NCBI GenBank assembly: GCA_050953885.1
Contig: JBMNNJ010000002.1
Span: 1 to 39,585 of the forward strand
DNA: 39,585 bases
Direction of reading: 5' to 3'
Source: Patescibacteria group bacterium
GTDB taxonomy: Bacteria > Patescibacteriota > Microgenomatia > 0-14-0-10-38-17
The translations under genes and the position numbers were made by a program. Positions 9,234 through 18,351 of this stretch are shown one piece after another (positions within the stretch are counted from its first letter, which is position 1; each line of letters starts with the position of its first letter). Below the pieces are notes generated by a model. The model had not been told where the DNA came from and did no database searches. It was given only the letters and a program-made list of their open reading frames with translations.

Positions 9234-9385
9234 TTAATTTTCAATTTTCATTTCTCAATTTTCAATCAATTTGCATTTAGTCAATGAGACAATTTTCAAT
9301 CTGCCAGCTGGTGGATCAAAGAAAAGATCGTTTTTAAGAAAAAGAGTAAAAAAATGAAAATTGTAAATTGTAAATTGAAAATTAA
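9234..9385. repeat. Heptamer inverted-arm module, sister copy of ~8775-8960
   Basis: shares catttctcaattttcaatcaattt(a/g)catttagtcaatga(c/g)acaattttcaa and atgaaaattgtaaattgtaaattgaaaatta. Confidence 0.85.
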
Positions 9386-9442
9386 CGTTTATTCTATCCT
9401 TCAACTGGGGGGTAATAAAAATAACATTATACGATTCAGGAC

Positions 9443-10576
9443 ATGACCCTTGAGGAAAAACTAAACCTTATCACCCGCAACTGCGAAGAAGTTTTAACCA
9501 AAGATGAGCTGACTGCCCTTCTTGAAAGCGGCGAAAAGTTGCGCCATTATATTGGTTTTGAAATTTCCGGCAAAGTTCATTTAGGAACCGGCTTGGTGAG
9601 CATGGGTAAGGTGGCCGATTTTCTTAAGGCCGGCGTTGAATGTAATGTTTTCTTAGCCGACTGGCACACCTATATCAACAACAAACTTGACGGCAACTGG
9701 AAACACATTATTATGGTGGCCCGCGATTACTTTCAAGAGGCCATGGAGGCCTCCCTGGAATGCTTTGGCGTTAAAAGCGGAGCGGTTAACTTTATTTTGG
9801 CCAGCAACTTATATAAAAACACCCGCCACTGGCAAAACCTGATGGAAGTTTCCAAAAATGTCACTCTCTCCCGCGTAAAACGATCAATCACTATTGCCGG
9901 CAAAAAGGAAGGCGAAGCCATTGATTTTGCCACCCTGATTTATCCCCCTCTTCAGGTGGCGGATATTTTCACCTTGGGCGTTAATCTTGCCCAAGCCGCT
10001 ATTGACCAAAGAAAAGCCCATGTCATCGCCCGTCAGGTGGCCAAAAAATTAACCATCTCGCCTCTTTTAAACCAAAAGGGGCAAAAAATTGCCCCCGTGG
10101 CTTGTCATCAGAACTTTGTTCTTTCCTTAGCCAAACCTGCCGTCTGGCCAATTGATAAAAATATGGACAAAGACACCTTCGCCACCGCCTTTAAAATGAC
10201 CAAATCCAAGCCCAACTCGGCCATTTTTGTCCATGATTCTCCCGAGGCAATCAGGGAAAAAGTAGGCAAGGCTTTTTGCCCACCCGAAATTGATTTTAAC
10301 CCGGTTTTAAACTGGGCCCGTTATCTTATCTTCTGGGGCGAAGACGAAGGGGAACTACCCGTTCACCGGCCGGCAAAATTTGGGGGGAATAAAACCTATT
10401 ATTCTTATCGCGAGCTTGAACAAGACTACGCCCACGGCCATCTTCACCCCCAAGACCTGAAAACCGCCGTCGCCGACTGGCTAATTGTCAAGCTTGCTCC
10501 GGCCCGAAAACGCTTCGAAAAAGATCGGCCCAAAAAGGGGCTGGCTTTTTTGGAGAAAATTACCGCCCCAAAGTAA
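9443..10576 (+). CDS. tyrS: Tyrosine--tRNA ligase, archaeal/eukaryotic type
   Basis: YIGFEISGKVHLGT, LADWH, YPPLQVADIF, DQRKAH, KMTKS, AFCPP, HPQDLK; 377 aa, no bacterial S4-like domain. Confidence 0.93.
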   Translation: MTLEEKLNLITRNCEEVLTKDELTALLESGEKLRHYIGFEISGKVHLGTGLVSMGKVADFLKAGVECNVFLADWHTYINNKLDGNWKHIIMVARDYFQEAMEASLECFGVKSGAVNFILASNLYKNTRHWQNLMEVSKNVTLSRVKRSITIAGKKEGEAIDFATLIYPPLQVADIFTLGVNLAQAAIDQRKAHVIARQVAKKLTISPLLNQKGQKIAPVACHQNFVLSLAKPAVWPIDKNMDKDTFATAFKMTKSKPNSAIFVHDSPEAIREKVGKAFCPPEIDFNPVLNWARYLIFWGEDEGELPVHRPAKFGGNKTYYSYRELEQDYAHGHLHPQDLKTAVADWLIVKLAPARKRFEKDRPKKGLAFLEKITAPK

Positions 10577-12986
10577 AGTCCTGAACTTTCCCCCAAGCGC
10601 GGTTAACCAAACCGGCAAGAATTTCATCGTTTTGGGCCAAAGAAGCAATTTCTTCTACTAATCCCTCTTTTGGATTTTGGATAATAAACATCTCCGCTCC
10701 CGCCAAAAGGCCTAATTTCACCGCTTCACTTTGAGAATAGCTCTTGCTTATCGCCTTCATATCAAGGTCGTCTAAAATAACCAGACCGCGAAAATCCAAG
10801 CGCTGACGCAAGATGGCATTAATAAAAATCGGCGATAGGCTTGAGGGGAATTTTGGATCAATCTGAGGATAAAGAAGATGAGTTACCAAAATACCATCGG
10901 GCTGGGGATCAACTTCGGCAAAAGGAGCCCAATCCATTTCTAACTCTTCGGCGGAAATATTAATTACCGGCAAAGCCTGGTGGGGATCAACCGTCGTGCG
11001 CCCTAAGGAGCCAGGGAAATGTTTGGCCACCGTTTTAATCCCCGCCTCCGAAAAGCCCTTAATCATCGCTTGCCCAAGGCTAACCACTCTTCCTTTATCC
11101 GCCCCAAAAGAACGCCCCTCTCGGGCAATAAAACTTTGCGGAGAATAGGCAATCTCCAAAACCGGCGCTAAATTAACATCAATTTGATGCCGTAAAAGCA
11201 TCGTCCCCCGCGCCTTGGCAACTCGAAAAGCTTCGTTTTCATCAATAATGGCCGCCTGCGAAGGGTTGGGTGATTCGGCTAAACGGCTTACCTCTCCACC
11301 TTCCTGATCCACAAAAACTAATTGATCAGAGGAAATCTTAGCCAACGACTCGGGACCGGTAACCAAAAAACCGCCAAAGCCCTCTTTGGGGGAGATAATC
11401 AAAGAGCGAATCTTTTCGGCTAATTCCGGCTCTTTCTGGGTTTCTTTAATAATTTTACCAAAAGGGGAAAGTTTGGCTTCATCTTTTAGTTTATAAAGAG
11501 AAAATTCATAAGGATCGTTTGGAGGGTTAAAACGCTTCACCAGCTGACTTTCCTTAAAAGCTTGTTCTAAAAACGGCAAGCGGCCCTTTTCAAGCTCGCT
11601 CTGAAATTCCTTACTGACAAAAAGATAGTCAATTTTCTGCCATTTACCGCCTAATTTCCCCTCTCTAATTTGAGGATCATTTTCAATTTTATAAAACCAT
11701 TCCGCCTTGGGAAAAGTAGCGTAGCGCTCATCTAATTTTAAGTCTAACCAGCAAAAGGGGTCGGTAGCTAAAACCGCCTCGGGGGGAACATTTTGCCGAA
11801 TAAAAGCAAGCGCTTCTTTTTGAGGTTGAGTTTGTTTTAAGAAATAAACCCCCAAATTTTGCCCCGCCAAAAGAAAAATAAAAATAACCAGTAAGGCCAA
11901 AGAAAGGTGGGGAGAAAAATTAATCTTTAAACGCTGGCTAATGGTTTTTAAAACCAAAGGAATAGAAATTGCCCAAAAGGCAATTTGGGGAATAAGGTAA
12001 AATCCCAAAACCACCCCACCGCGGGCTAAAAAAAGAGTAAAAATAAAGCTTGCCAAAAAAAGAGCCAAGAAAATAAGGTTTTTTGCCTCCAAGAGAAGAA
12101 GAAAAGTAGCCCAAAGCCCCAAAACAGGAAGAATTTTATCGTAGCTTAACCAAGATATAATCGCCTGCCGGATATCGCTTTGGGGAGAAAGCAAACCCCC
12201 TCCGCCTCCTCTTCCCCCCTGAAAAAAGACCGCTTCAAGCAAAGAAACATGCTGGCGCTGGCCGGGAAACCAGGAAGCCGGCAAAAGCTCAATTTTAAGA
12301 TAGGCCAAAAGGGGATAAAGAGCAACAAGAAAAAGGGCGGAAATAAGAAAAGAAGCCAAAAGAAACAATTGCGTTTTTCCCCTTCCCTGCCAAAAAGCAA
12401 TCATTAAAAACGAAGGAAAAAAAAGAATGGCGATTTCTTTACTTAAAAAAGAAAGACCCAAGGATAGCCCGGAAAGAGCAAAAAACGGCAGTCTTTTTTT
12501 GGCCTGAAGTAAAAGGTAAAAAGAAAGAAGCAACCAGAAGGTGGCCAAATTATCCAAAAGCACTTGACGGTGGTAAGTAATTGCCAGCGGGGAAAAAGCA
12601 AAAATCAGGCTTCCCAAAAAAGCCCATTTTTTACTTTTGGTTAATTTTTTCAAAATAAGAAAAAGAAGCAGGTTAGTAAGAGCGGCAATAATCACCATTA
12701 AAATCCGCGTTGAGTGAAGAGAAAAACCAAAAGTAAACGGCCCGCCGGTTAAGGCCTGCCAAAGACCGATTTGCAGCCAGCCAAAGGGAGGATGATCATA
12801 CCAATAAGTGTAGGGAGAAAGCTGGCCAAATTTTACCAGCCACCAGCCTTGGGAGGTATAAATTCCCTCATCGCCAATAAATTCTGGATAGCCAAAAAGA
12901 TTAATCGCGTGAGTAAGGCAGGTTAAAACAACCACCAAAATCGCCCCGGCGTTTTTTTTGAAAAAATTGGCAGGAAACATAATCAC
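10560..12986 (-). CDS. ArnT/PMT-like (GT-C) membrane glycosyltransferase fused to a GH3 N-terminal (NagZ-like) domain
   Basis: DEGIY, YWYDHPPFGW, LLDN, SKE motifs and many TM segments; C-terminal VDQEGGEVSRL, NLAPV, RSFG, KHFPG...DPH, DDLDMKAI; start may be ATG 12980. Confidence 0.85.
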   Translation of the reverse strand: MIMFPANFFKKNAGAILVVVLTCLTHAINLFGYPEFIGDEGIYTSQGWWLVKFGQLSPYTYWYDHPPFGWLQIGLWQALTGGPFTFGFSLHSTRILMVIIAALTNLLLFLILKKLTKSKKWAFLGSLIFAFSPLAITYHRQVLLDNLATFWLLLSFYLLLQAKKRLPFFALSGLSLGLSFLSKEIAILFFPSFLMIAFWQGRGKTQLFLLASFLISALFLVALYPLLAYLKIELLPASWFPGQRQHVSLLEAVFFQGGRGGGGGLLSPQSDIRQAIISWLSYDKILPVLGLWATFLLLLEAKNLIFLALFLASFIFTLFLARGGVVLGFYLIPQIAFWAISIPLVLKTISQRLKINFSPHLSLALLVIFIFLLAGQNLGVYFLKQTQPQKEALAFIRQNVPPEAVLATDPFCWLDLKLDERYATFPKAEWFYKIENDPQIREGKLGGKWQKIDYLFVSKEFQSELEKGRLPFLEQAFKESQLVKRFNPPNDPYEFSLYKLKDEAKLSPFGKIIKETQKEPELAEKIRSLIISPKEGFGGFLVTGPESLAKISSDQLVFVDQEGGEVSRLAESPNPSQAAIIDENEAFRVAKARGTMLLRHQIDVNLAPVLEIAYSPQSFIAREGRSFGADKGRVVSLGQAMIKGFSEAGIKTVAKHFPGSLGRTTVDPHQALPVINISAEELEMDWAPFAEVDPQPDGILVTHLLYPQIDPKFPSSLSPIFINAILRQRLDFRGLVILDDLDMKAISKSYSQSEAVKLGLLAGAEMFIIQNPKEGLVEEIASLAQNDEILAGLVNRAWGKVQDFTLGR

Positions 12987-13056
12987 TTACCCCAATATTG
13001 GTAACTAAATTATAATCATTTTCTTCCTAACAAAAGTTAGGAAAAATGTAGCTAGT

Positions 13057-13386
13057 TAAAATTCAAAATTTAAAAGTCAAAATTCAAAAGTAGAACAAAA
13101 AACTTTTAACTTTGATCCGCCGGCTGATGGATTCGTCAGAACCTATCCTGAATTTAATTCAGGAATGACGGCCACGATTAGCGTCATTCTGAACTTGATT
13201 CAGAATCAGTTAGATCCTGTCCGCCAGCTGGTGGATCAAAATTCAAAACTAAAAATCAGTAATCCGTAACAGGTAACTCGTAATACGTAATTATCAAAGA
13301 CAGAATTATTTTTTTAATTACGAGTTACTGGTTACCAGTTACGGGTTACTAACTTTTTGCATTTTGACTTTTGAATTTTGAATTGT
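13057..13386. repeat. Nested composite repeat tract
   Basis: outer caaaatt/aattttg arms; gtcattctgaacttgattcagaatc 13183-13207; tccgccagctggtgga; inner gtaa/ttac heptamer arms 13258-13350. Confidence 0.8.
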
Positions 13387-13445
13387 ATTGCCCTAATTAA
13401 CCCCGACTTCTTGCATTAACTCTCTCTCTTTTAACATCTAATCAT

Positions 13446-14789
13446 TTACGTCTTATCGTTTAGGTATATCATACCATTTCGGTGAACATTAAGATGTTCA
13501 GTTTTTTCCCAAGAAAGTTGGCTTAAGAATTGGCGCTTAATTGCCCGCAGCGTCGCAAAACAAATAACAAATTGATAAGGAAAATAATAAAGGAAAAATT
13601 TAAGATAAAGCAAGGGAGAAAATTTAAGCTGATAGTATTTTTTAAGCTCCCAAAGGCCAATTAAAGAAATTCCCCATTGGGTAAGCAAAAAATAACCGGG
13701 GAAATAAGAAAAAATTGCCACCCAAAGAGGAGTGGTGGCCAAAAACGATAAAAAGGGAGTGAGAAGAAGCCAAAGAGTGTTGAAAACCTGAATAAAAGGA
13801 TAAATTAAAAGATAGGCGATAATAAATTTTTGCTTGGGGTCTTTTAATTTCTTCCAGTCTCCTTTTAAGAAAACCTGAAGATAGCCCTGATGCCAACGGG
13901 TGCGTTGCTTAATAAAGCTTGACAAATTAGGAGGTGTTTCCTCGCGGGTCGCCATTTGCTCATCATAAATAACGGCAGTTTTGCGATTATTAGCCGAAAG
14001 GCGTACCCCAATTTCCGCATCCTCGGTTAAACAAGCGGTATCCCACCCTTTGGCATCCTTAATTATTTCTCTTTTAAAAAAAACCGTATTTCCCCCTAAA
14101 GGATTAGCGCCCAAACGGGAAAAAAGAGGTAAAATCGACTTAAACCAAAAATAATACTCAAGGCAATTAAAAGGTGAGAACCAGTAAGAGGGCACATTAA
14201 CCAACTGAACCCCGGACTGAATAATATCCACCTCTTCTTCCAAAAATTTAGTGTTTACCGCGTTAAGAATTTCCGGATGGGGTTCGTCTTCGGCGTCAAA
14301 AATGGCGATCACATCCTTTTGACAGTATTCTAAGGCGGCGTTAAGGCTTTCCGGCTTACTATTGGGATAATTTTTGTAAACCAAAAGATTAAAATTAGGG
14401 GGAAGATGATTAAGACTTTCCAAAATTTTCCCCACCGTCTTGGTATCATCATCGCGAGCCACCACCAAAACTTCAAAAAGATTTTTGGGGTAGTTTATTT
14501 TTTTCACCGCCGCCAAAGTTTGGGCAATCACTTTTTCCTCGTTTCTCACCGGAATAATTAAAGAAAAAGAAAGTCGGGGCGCGGCAATTTTTTTTGGGAT
14601 GCGAACTTTCTCCAAGTTTTTTGGTGTTAGCCAGGAAGAAAGCATCGCCCAAGAAGCAAAACCGCCTTGCAGCAAAAGAAAAACACTAACCAAAAAAATT
14701 AAGCCGGCAAAAAAACCACCCTGAAGAAAAAGGCTAATCGCTAAAGCCAAAAAAATACCAATGGTGCTGATTATTAAGGTTTTTTTCAT
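13446..14789 (-). CDS. Processive GT2 glycosyltransferase (cellulose-synthase-like)
   Basis: IIPVRNEE, KPESLN, FDAED, LTED and QRTRW motifs with N- and C-terminal TM helices; likely ATG 14789. Confidence 0.9.
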   Translation of the reverse strand: MKKTLIISTIGIFLALAISLFLQGGFFAGLIFLVSVFLLLQGGFASWAMLSSWLTPKNLEKVRIPKKIAAPRLSFSLIIPVRNEEKVIAQTLAAVKKINYPKNLFEVLVVARDDDTKTVGKILESLNHLPPNFNLLVYKNYPNSKPESLNAALEYCQKDVIAIFDAEDEPHPEILNAVNTKFLEEEVDIIQSGVQLVNVPSYWFSPFNCLEYYFWFKSILPLFSRLGANPLGGNTVFFKREIIKDAKGWDTACLTEDAEIGVRLSANNRKTAVIYDEQMATREETPPNLSSFIKQRTRWHQGYLQVFLKGDWKKLKDPKQKFIIAYLLIYPFIQVFNTLWLLLTPFLSFLATTPLWVAIFSYFPGYFLLTQWGISLIGLWELKKYYQLKFSPLLYLKFFLYYFPYQFVICFATLRAIKRQFLSQLSWEKTEHLNVHRNGMIYLNDKT

Positions 14790-14856
14790 AAGCCATAAGT
14801 TAATCTTTTGCAAATTACCAAAGATAATAATAATTTTTAAAATTTTAAAAAGGGAC

Positions 14857-14937
14857 GGGGAGGCAAGGCCAAGAAAAAGGAAAAATTGATCACGCAACTG
14901 TGATCATTTTCCAATTTCTTGGACACTTGGCCTCCCC
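14857..14937 (-). terminator. Long imperfect hairpin 3' of the 381-aa orphan
   Basis: ggggaggc..ccaagaaa..ggaaaa.tgatcac / gtgatca.ttttcc..tttcttgg..gcctcccc; followed by GTCCCTTTTT on the minus strand. Confidence 0.6.
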
Positions 14938-14961
14938 GGGGGCCGAAAGAGCTTGTTTTAG

Positions 14962-16107
14962 CTACCTGTCCGCATTGAAAGTGATAACAATACCACTTCC
15001 ATCGGAATTCTCGCAGAGCACTACCGTGCCTCTTTCAATGACAACTCTTTGCAGAGCGTCATTGAAAATACCACCTTCCCAACTCGTCAAGTCATAAACC
15101 CCTTGACCAAGGGTAACGAGCTTTTCAGCCTCAACTTGGTTCCACACACCAGGAGGACCCCATCGTTGGAATAGAAATTCCGCTTGCGATCCTTCCGGTA
15201 TCCTGATGAGACTTACTAGCCCATTGCCTCGCCCATCCCAATCAGGACGATCGCTTAGGATCTGAACATCAGATCTTTGGCGAAGATCCTCAGCAAGGGA
15301 AAATTCTTTCCCTGCTAGTTTGGAAGCTGGTTGGGTTGGTTGCGACGGTAATTCTGTTGGCGCTTGAGCTTGAGATGGTGCTGGCGTATTCTGTGGCTGT
15401 TGCAGAGGAAGCGTCACTACCGCTTCGGGTTGAGGCGACGGGACCGCTGCCGGAGCAAACGAGACTTTTCCATCGGTTCCGATGGAAAAGCTCCACCCGC
15501 GCGGCTCCTGGTCGTTCTCGTAGAGAACAACAGTGCCCTGCCGGCAACTGGCGACTTTAGGATCAGGAAAGACCCAAATAGCTTTCGCCTGGTCATTCCA
15601 GAATCCTTCATGTCCACCGGGACGACCGCCAAACTCACCCTCCAGAGAGTAGTACCGTGAACCCGGATCGGGGTTGCAAAGAAGAAGATAATCCTCTGTT
15701 GCTCCCTCTTGCCAGGTTTGACGAAGTTCTACCTCTTCTCGACTCTGTTGCCAGCGCTGATCACGCCGCAACACCACACACCACCCCTCCGGGACAAGTA
15801 CCGCCGAAGCGTTACTCCACACCCCTTCAGGTGCAGTCCCAAGGTCAACAAAAACCGTCTCGCAACAAGCGGATGCCGTTTCGGCAACTGCTGCTGAAGC
15901 TGGCTCTGTTGACACCATCGGCGTTACCGTCGCCTCTACCAAAGTCGGTACTGTTGGCAAAAGTGTCGCCGTTGAAACTTGTTCTGCTGACGACACCGCT
16001 ACCGGTGATACCGACCTTGGCCACGCAAAGTAGATTGTTGCCCCAATGGCAACAAACGCAATAACCCCGAGGGTTATTGCTAACCACATTAATTGCTTCT
16101 TCGTCAT
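14962..16107 (-). CDS. Membrane-anchored/secreted orphan protein with two related domains and P/Q/T-rich linkers
   Basis: N-terminal TM; GC-richer than neighbours; SD AGAAAGGAG; internal repeat motifs. Confidence 0.75.
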   Translation of the reverse strand: MTKKQLMWLAITLGVIAFVAIGATIYFAWPRSVSPVAVSSAEQVSTATLLPTVPTLVEATVTPMVSTEPASAAVAETASACCETVFVDLGTAPEGVWSNASAVLVPEGWCVVLRRDQRWQQSREEVELRQTWQEGATEDYLLLCNPDPGSRYYSLEGEFGGRPGGHEGFWNDQAKAIWVFPDPKVASCRQGTVVLYENDQEPRGWSFSIGTDGKVSFAPAAVPSPQPEAVVTLPLQQPQNTPAPSQAQAPTELPSQPTQPASKLAGKEFSLAEDLRQRSDVQILSDRPDWDGRGNGLVSLIRIPEGSQAEFLFQRWGPPGVWNQVEAEKLVTLGQGVYDLTSWEGGIFNDALQRVVIERGTVVLCENSDGSGIVITFNADR

Positions 16108-16201
16108 CTTCCTTTCTCCTTTCTTTCGGCCCCGCCAAAAGGCAAAATTTTTTGCCCCTTAGCGGGGACGAAAAGTTAAAAGGAGATCTTTCGGCCCTCT
16201 C

Positions 16202-16295
16202 TTTCAAAGTGCTAATTCATTAAATAAAAGTTAAGGCTAATCTTAACTTTTTAATGAATTGGCCGAATTCTATCATAAATAATAATATTAGTCAA
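16202..16295 (-). promoter_or_regulatory. Promoter plus boxA-like element for the 381-aa gene
   Basis: TTGACT-17 nt-(TG)TAGAAT at 16295-16267; leader hairpin ~16214-16260; AGCACTTTGAAA at 16213-16202. Confidence 0.6.
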
Positions 16296-16308
16296 GAGTT
16301 ATAGGTCG

Positions 16309-16328
16309 CACTTCAATATATTGAAGTG
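16309..16328. repeat. Perfect 20-bp palindrome
   Basis: cacttcaata-tattgaagtg. Confidence 0.6.
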
Positions 16329-16353
16329 GAAAGAAAACGGAGGTAATTTAGAC

Positions 16354-17820
16354 TTAAGAAGATTTTTTCTCCAGATAAATTTCGTCCAACCAAAAAGTAG
16401 CCGGGATGCCCTGACTGTCTTTAATAAGAAGACCGCTTATGCTCTGATCGGCCGCTCCCAAAGCGTTTAGGGGAATTTTAATCTCCTGCCAATTATTAGG
16501 CTTAATAAATTCGGCAAGAGAAACTTCTTTTAATGGTTGGCTATTCTGGTCAACCACTTGCGCCACTAAACCGACACCAGGGCTGGCCTTAAGAGAAAAA
16601 ACCAAATTTTGGTAAGAAGAGGTTTCCAGGAAAAGATAACTGCTTAAATAAAAAGCACCATAGGGTTTGTTAATGGCCACCTTAATGGCCTTTTGCCCCC
16701 GAAAAATATTTTCTTCATTTTGAAGATCAACTTGGGCGTCCCAAGAAAGATCCACGAAAGCATTTTCTAAATTATCAGCATAGATAACCAGATTTTGAGT
16801 TGCCGGCGGTAAAGCTATTTCCTGAATCGTTTTTTCACGCGCCAGAGCGTTTTTAACAATTTGGCCATAAGCCGAGGGGGAAAAATTTATATTGTTTGCC
16901 AGAAGGCAAGGGCAACCACTATCATGAAAGTTCCAAGCCGTCCAACTTAAAGAAAAACGATCGGCTAAAGAAAGCAGTGCCTGAACTGACTCTTGACTCA
17001 TCGGCGGATAACCATCAGCGCCAAATTCTCCCAAAAAAACCGGATAAAAACGAGCAATTTTGCCAAAAATACTCTCAAATTCACCCGCCTTATTATAAGG
17101 ATTTGTCCGGTAGACAATATTTTCATAAGGAAGGGGGTTATCAAGATAGGAATTAATTTCTCGTCCCCATCCCAAGCCGGTAACCATAATCAAACTTTTG
17201 GGATGAACTGCCCGAATCGTCTCTACCAATTTTTGATTAGCCTGCCAAACTGCGACGCGGCTAACATCATGGGGTTCGGCCAAAACATCATAAATTACCG
17301 CCGGCTCGTCCTGATAACGTCGGGCAATATCCTGCCACATTAAGTAAGTCTGCTCGTTGGGAAGGGATTCATTTTTACCAATCCAGGGGTTTAAAACAAC
17401 ATAAGCCTTATTCTTCTTGGCCGGCTCAATAATGGCCCGGTTGAGTTTGTCAAAAAAAGCCTCCGAATCTTTAAAATAATCATCCTGATAAATACGCGTG
17501 CGAATAACATTTGCCCCCCATTTTTGGTTTGCCTCCTCAATTGCTTTTGGAAACCAGGCTTCCTCGACCCAGCTAAGGCAACAAAGATTAACGCCACGTA
17601 AAATTACCGGCTGACCATCTTCGTTAACAATAAACCGTCCTTTTGTCGCCAACCAAGGCAAAGATTCTTCTTCTGGTCCAAAAGAAGAGGTTTCTATATT
17701 TTCTTTAGCAGGGAATGGGGCTAAAGGCGAGGAAAACTTAAAGGCTAAAAAGAAAAGAGGCAAAAGCGGCAAAAAGTAAAGCAAAATTCGCAAAAAACGG
17801 GAAGAAACTAATTTCTTCAT
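16354..17820 (-). CDS. GH5 glycoside hydrolase with C-terminal CBM-like beta-sandwich, N-terminal anchor
   Basis: LRGVN, WGANVIR, YDVLAEPH (acid/base), FLGEFG (nucleophile), SWTAW. Confidence 0.88.
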   Translation of the reverse strand: MKKLVSSRFLRILLYFLPLLPLFFLAFKFSSPLAPFPAKENIETSSFGPEEESLPWLATKGRFIVNEDGQPVILRGVNLCCLSWVEEAWFPKAIEEANQKWGANVIRTRIYQDDYFKDSEAFFDKLNRAIIEPAKKNKAYVVLNPWIGKNESLPNEQTYLMWQDIARRYQDEPAVIYDVLAEPHDVSRVAVWQANQKLVETIRAVHPKSLIMVTGLGWGREINSYLDNPLPYENIVYRTNPYNKAGEFESIFGKIARFYPVFLGEFGADGYPPMSQESVQALLSLADRFSLSWTAWNFHDSGCPCLLANNINFSPSAYGQIVKNALAREKTIQEIALPPATQNLVIYADNLENAFVDLSWDAQVDLQNEENIFRGQKAIKVAINKPYGAFYLSSYLFLETSSYQNLVFSLKASPGVGLVAQVVDQNSQPLKEVSLAEFIKPNNWQEIKIPLNALGAADQSISGLLIKDSQGIPATFWLDEIYLEKKSS

Positions 17821-17853
17821 TTAAAACCAATTATACCAAAAAGAAAGGGGAAC

Positions 17854-17932
17854 GGGGAGAGGAGGACCAAACAACAAGAAAAAAAAGAAAGCGCCATTGC
17901 TTTCCAGCTTGTCTTTGGATTATCCTCTCCCC
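17854..17932 (-). terminator. Long imperfect hairpin 3' of the 118-aa orphan
   Basis: ggggagagga..ccaaa..acaag / cttgt..tttgg..tcctctcccc; followed by GTTCCCCTTTCTTTTT on the minus strand. Confidence 0.6.
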
Positions 17933-17946
17933 CAAATAAGCGGTTT

Positions 17947-18303
17947 TTAACCGTTAGTCATCGCCAGGACTGCATTTAGTCCTTCGATAATCTCTGTTCT
18001 TGCGGCGCCACCAATTGTGCCGTCGCTAGCAACTCGGCTTTTCACCGCTTCAATTAGCTCTTCCGGCGGTCGGCTATTTGTCATTACTGTTGGGATTTCG
18101 TCCCCATAGGTGTCCATTATCTGCCAGCAGATACTATGTATCTTTTGGCAAACACATCTCGTGAAAAAGACATCATCAGCACTGGAGCCAAAAAGAATAG
18201 CCGCCTTCTGCAAACAACAAGTAAGTGTCGCTCCTTCCTTCTGTCTGTGGCTATTGCCCTTATGCCCCTGAAGACTGTCTCTGGCTCTGGCTAAACCCGA
18301 CAT
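17947..18303 (-). CDS. Hypothetical protein (Cys-containing orphan)
   Basis: ORF with strong SD (AGAAAGGAGAAGG), upstream promoter and downstream hairpin. Confidence 0.6.
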   Translation of the reverse strand: MSGLARARDSLQGHKGNSHRQKEGATLTCCLQKAAILFGSSADDVFFTRCVCQKIHSICWQIMDTYGDEIPTVMTNSRPPEELIEAVKSRVASDGTIGGAARTEIIEGLNAVLAMTNG

Positions 18304-18351
18304 TTTCCTTCTCCTTTCTAGAGAAAAAATGTGAGAACCAACTCGCCGCCC

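Noticed and set aside
15290-16207. Multiple overlapping ORFs over the 381-aa gene
   Set aside because: Expected from locally higher GC; only the 381-aa frame has an SD, promoter and signal-anchor.
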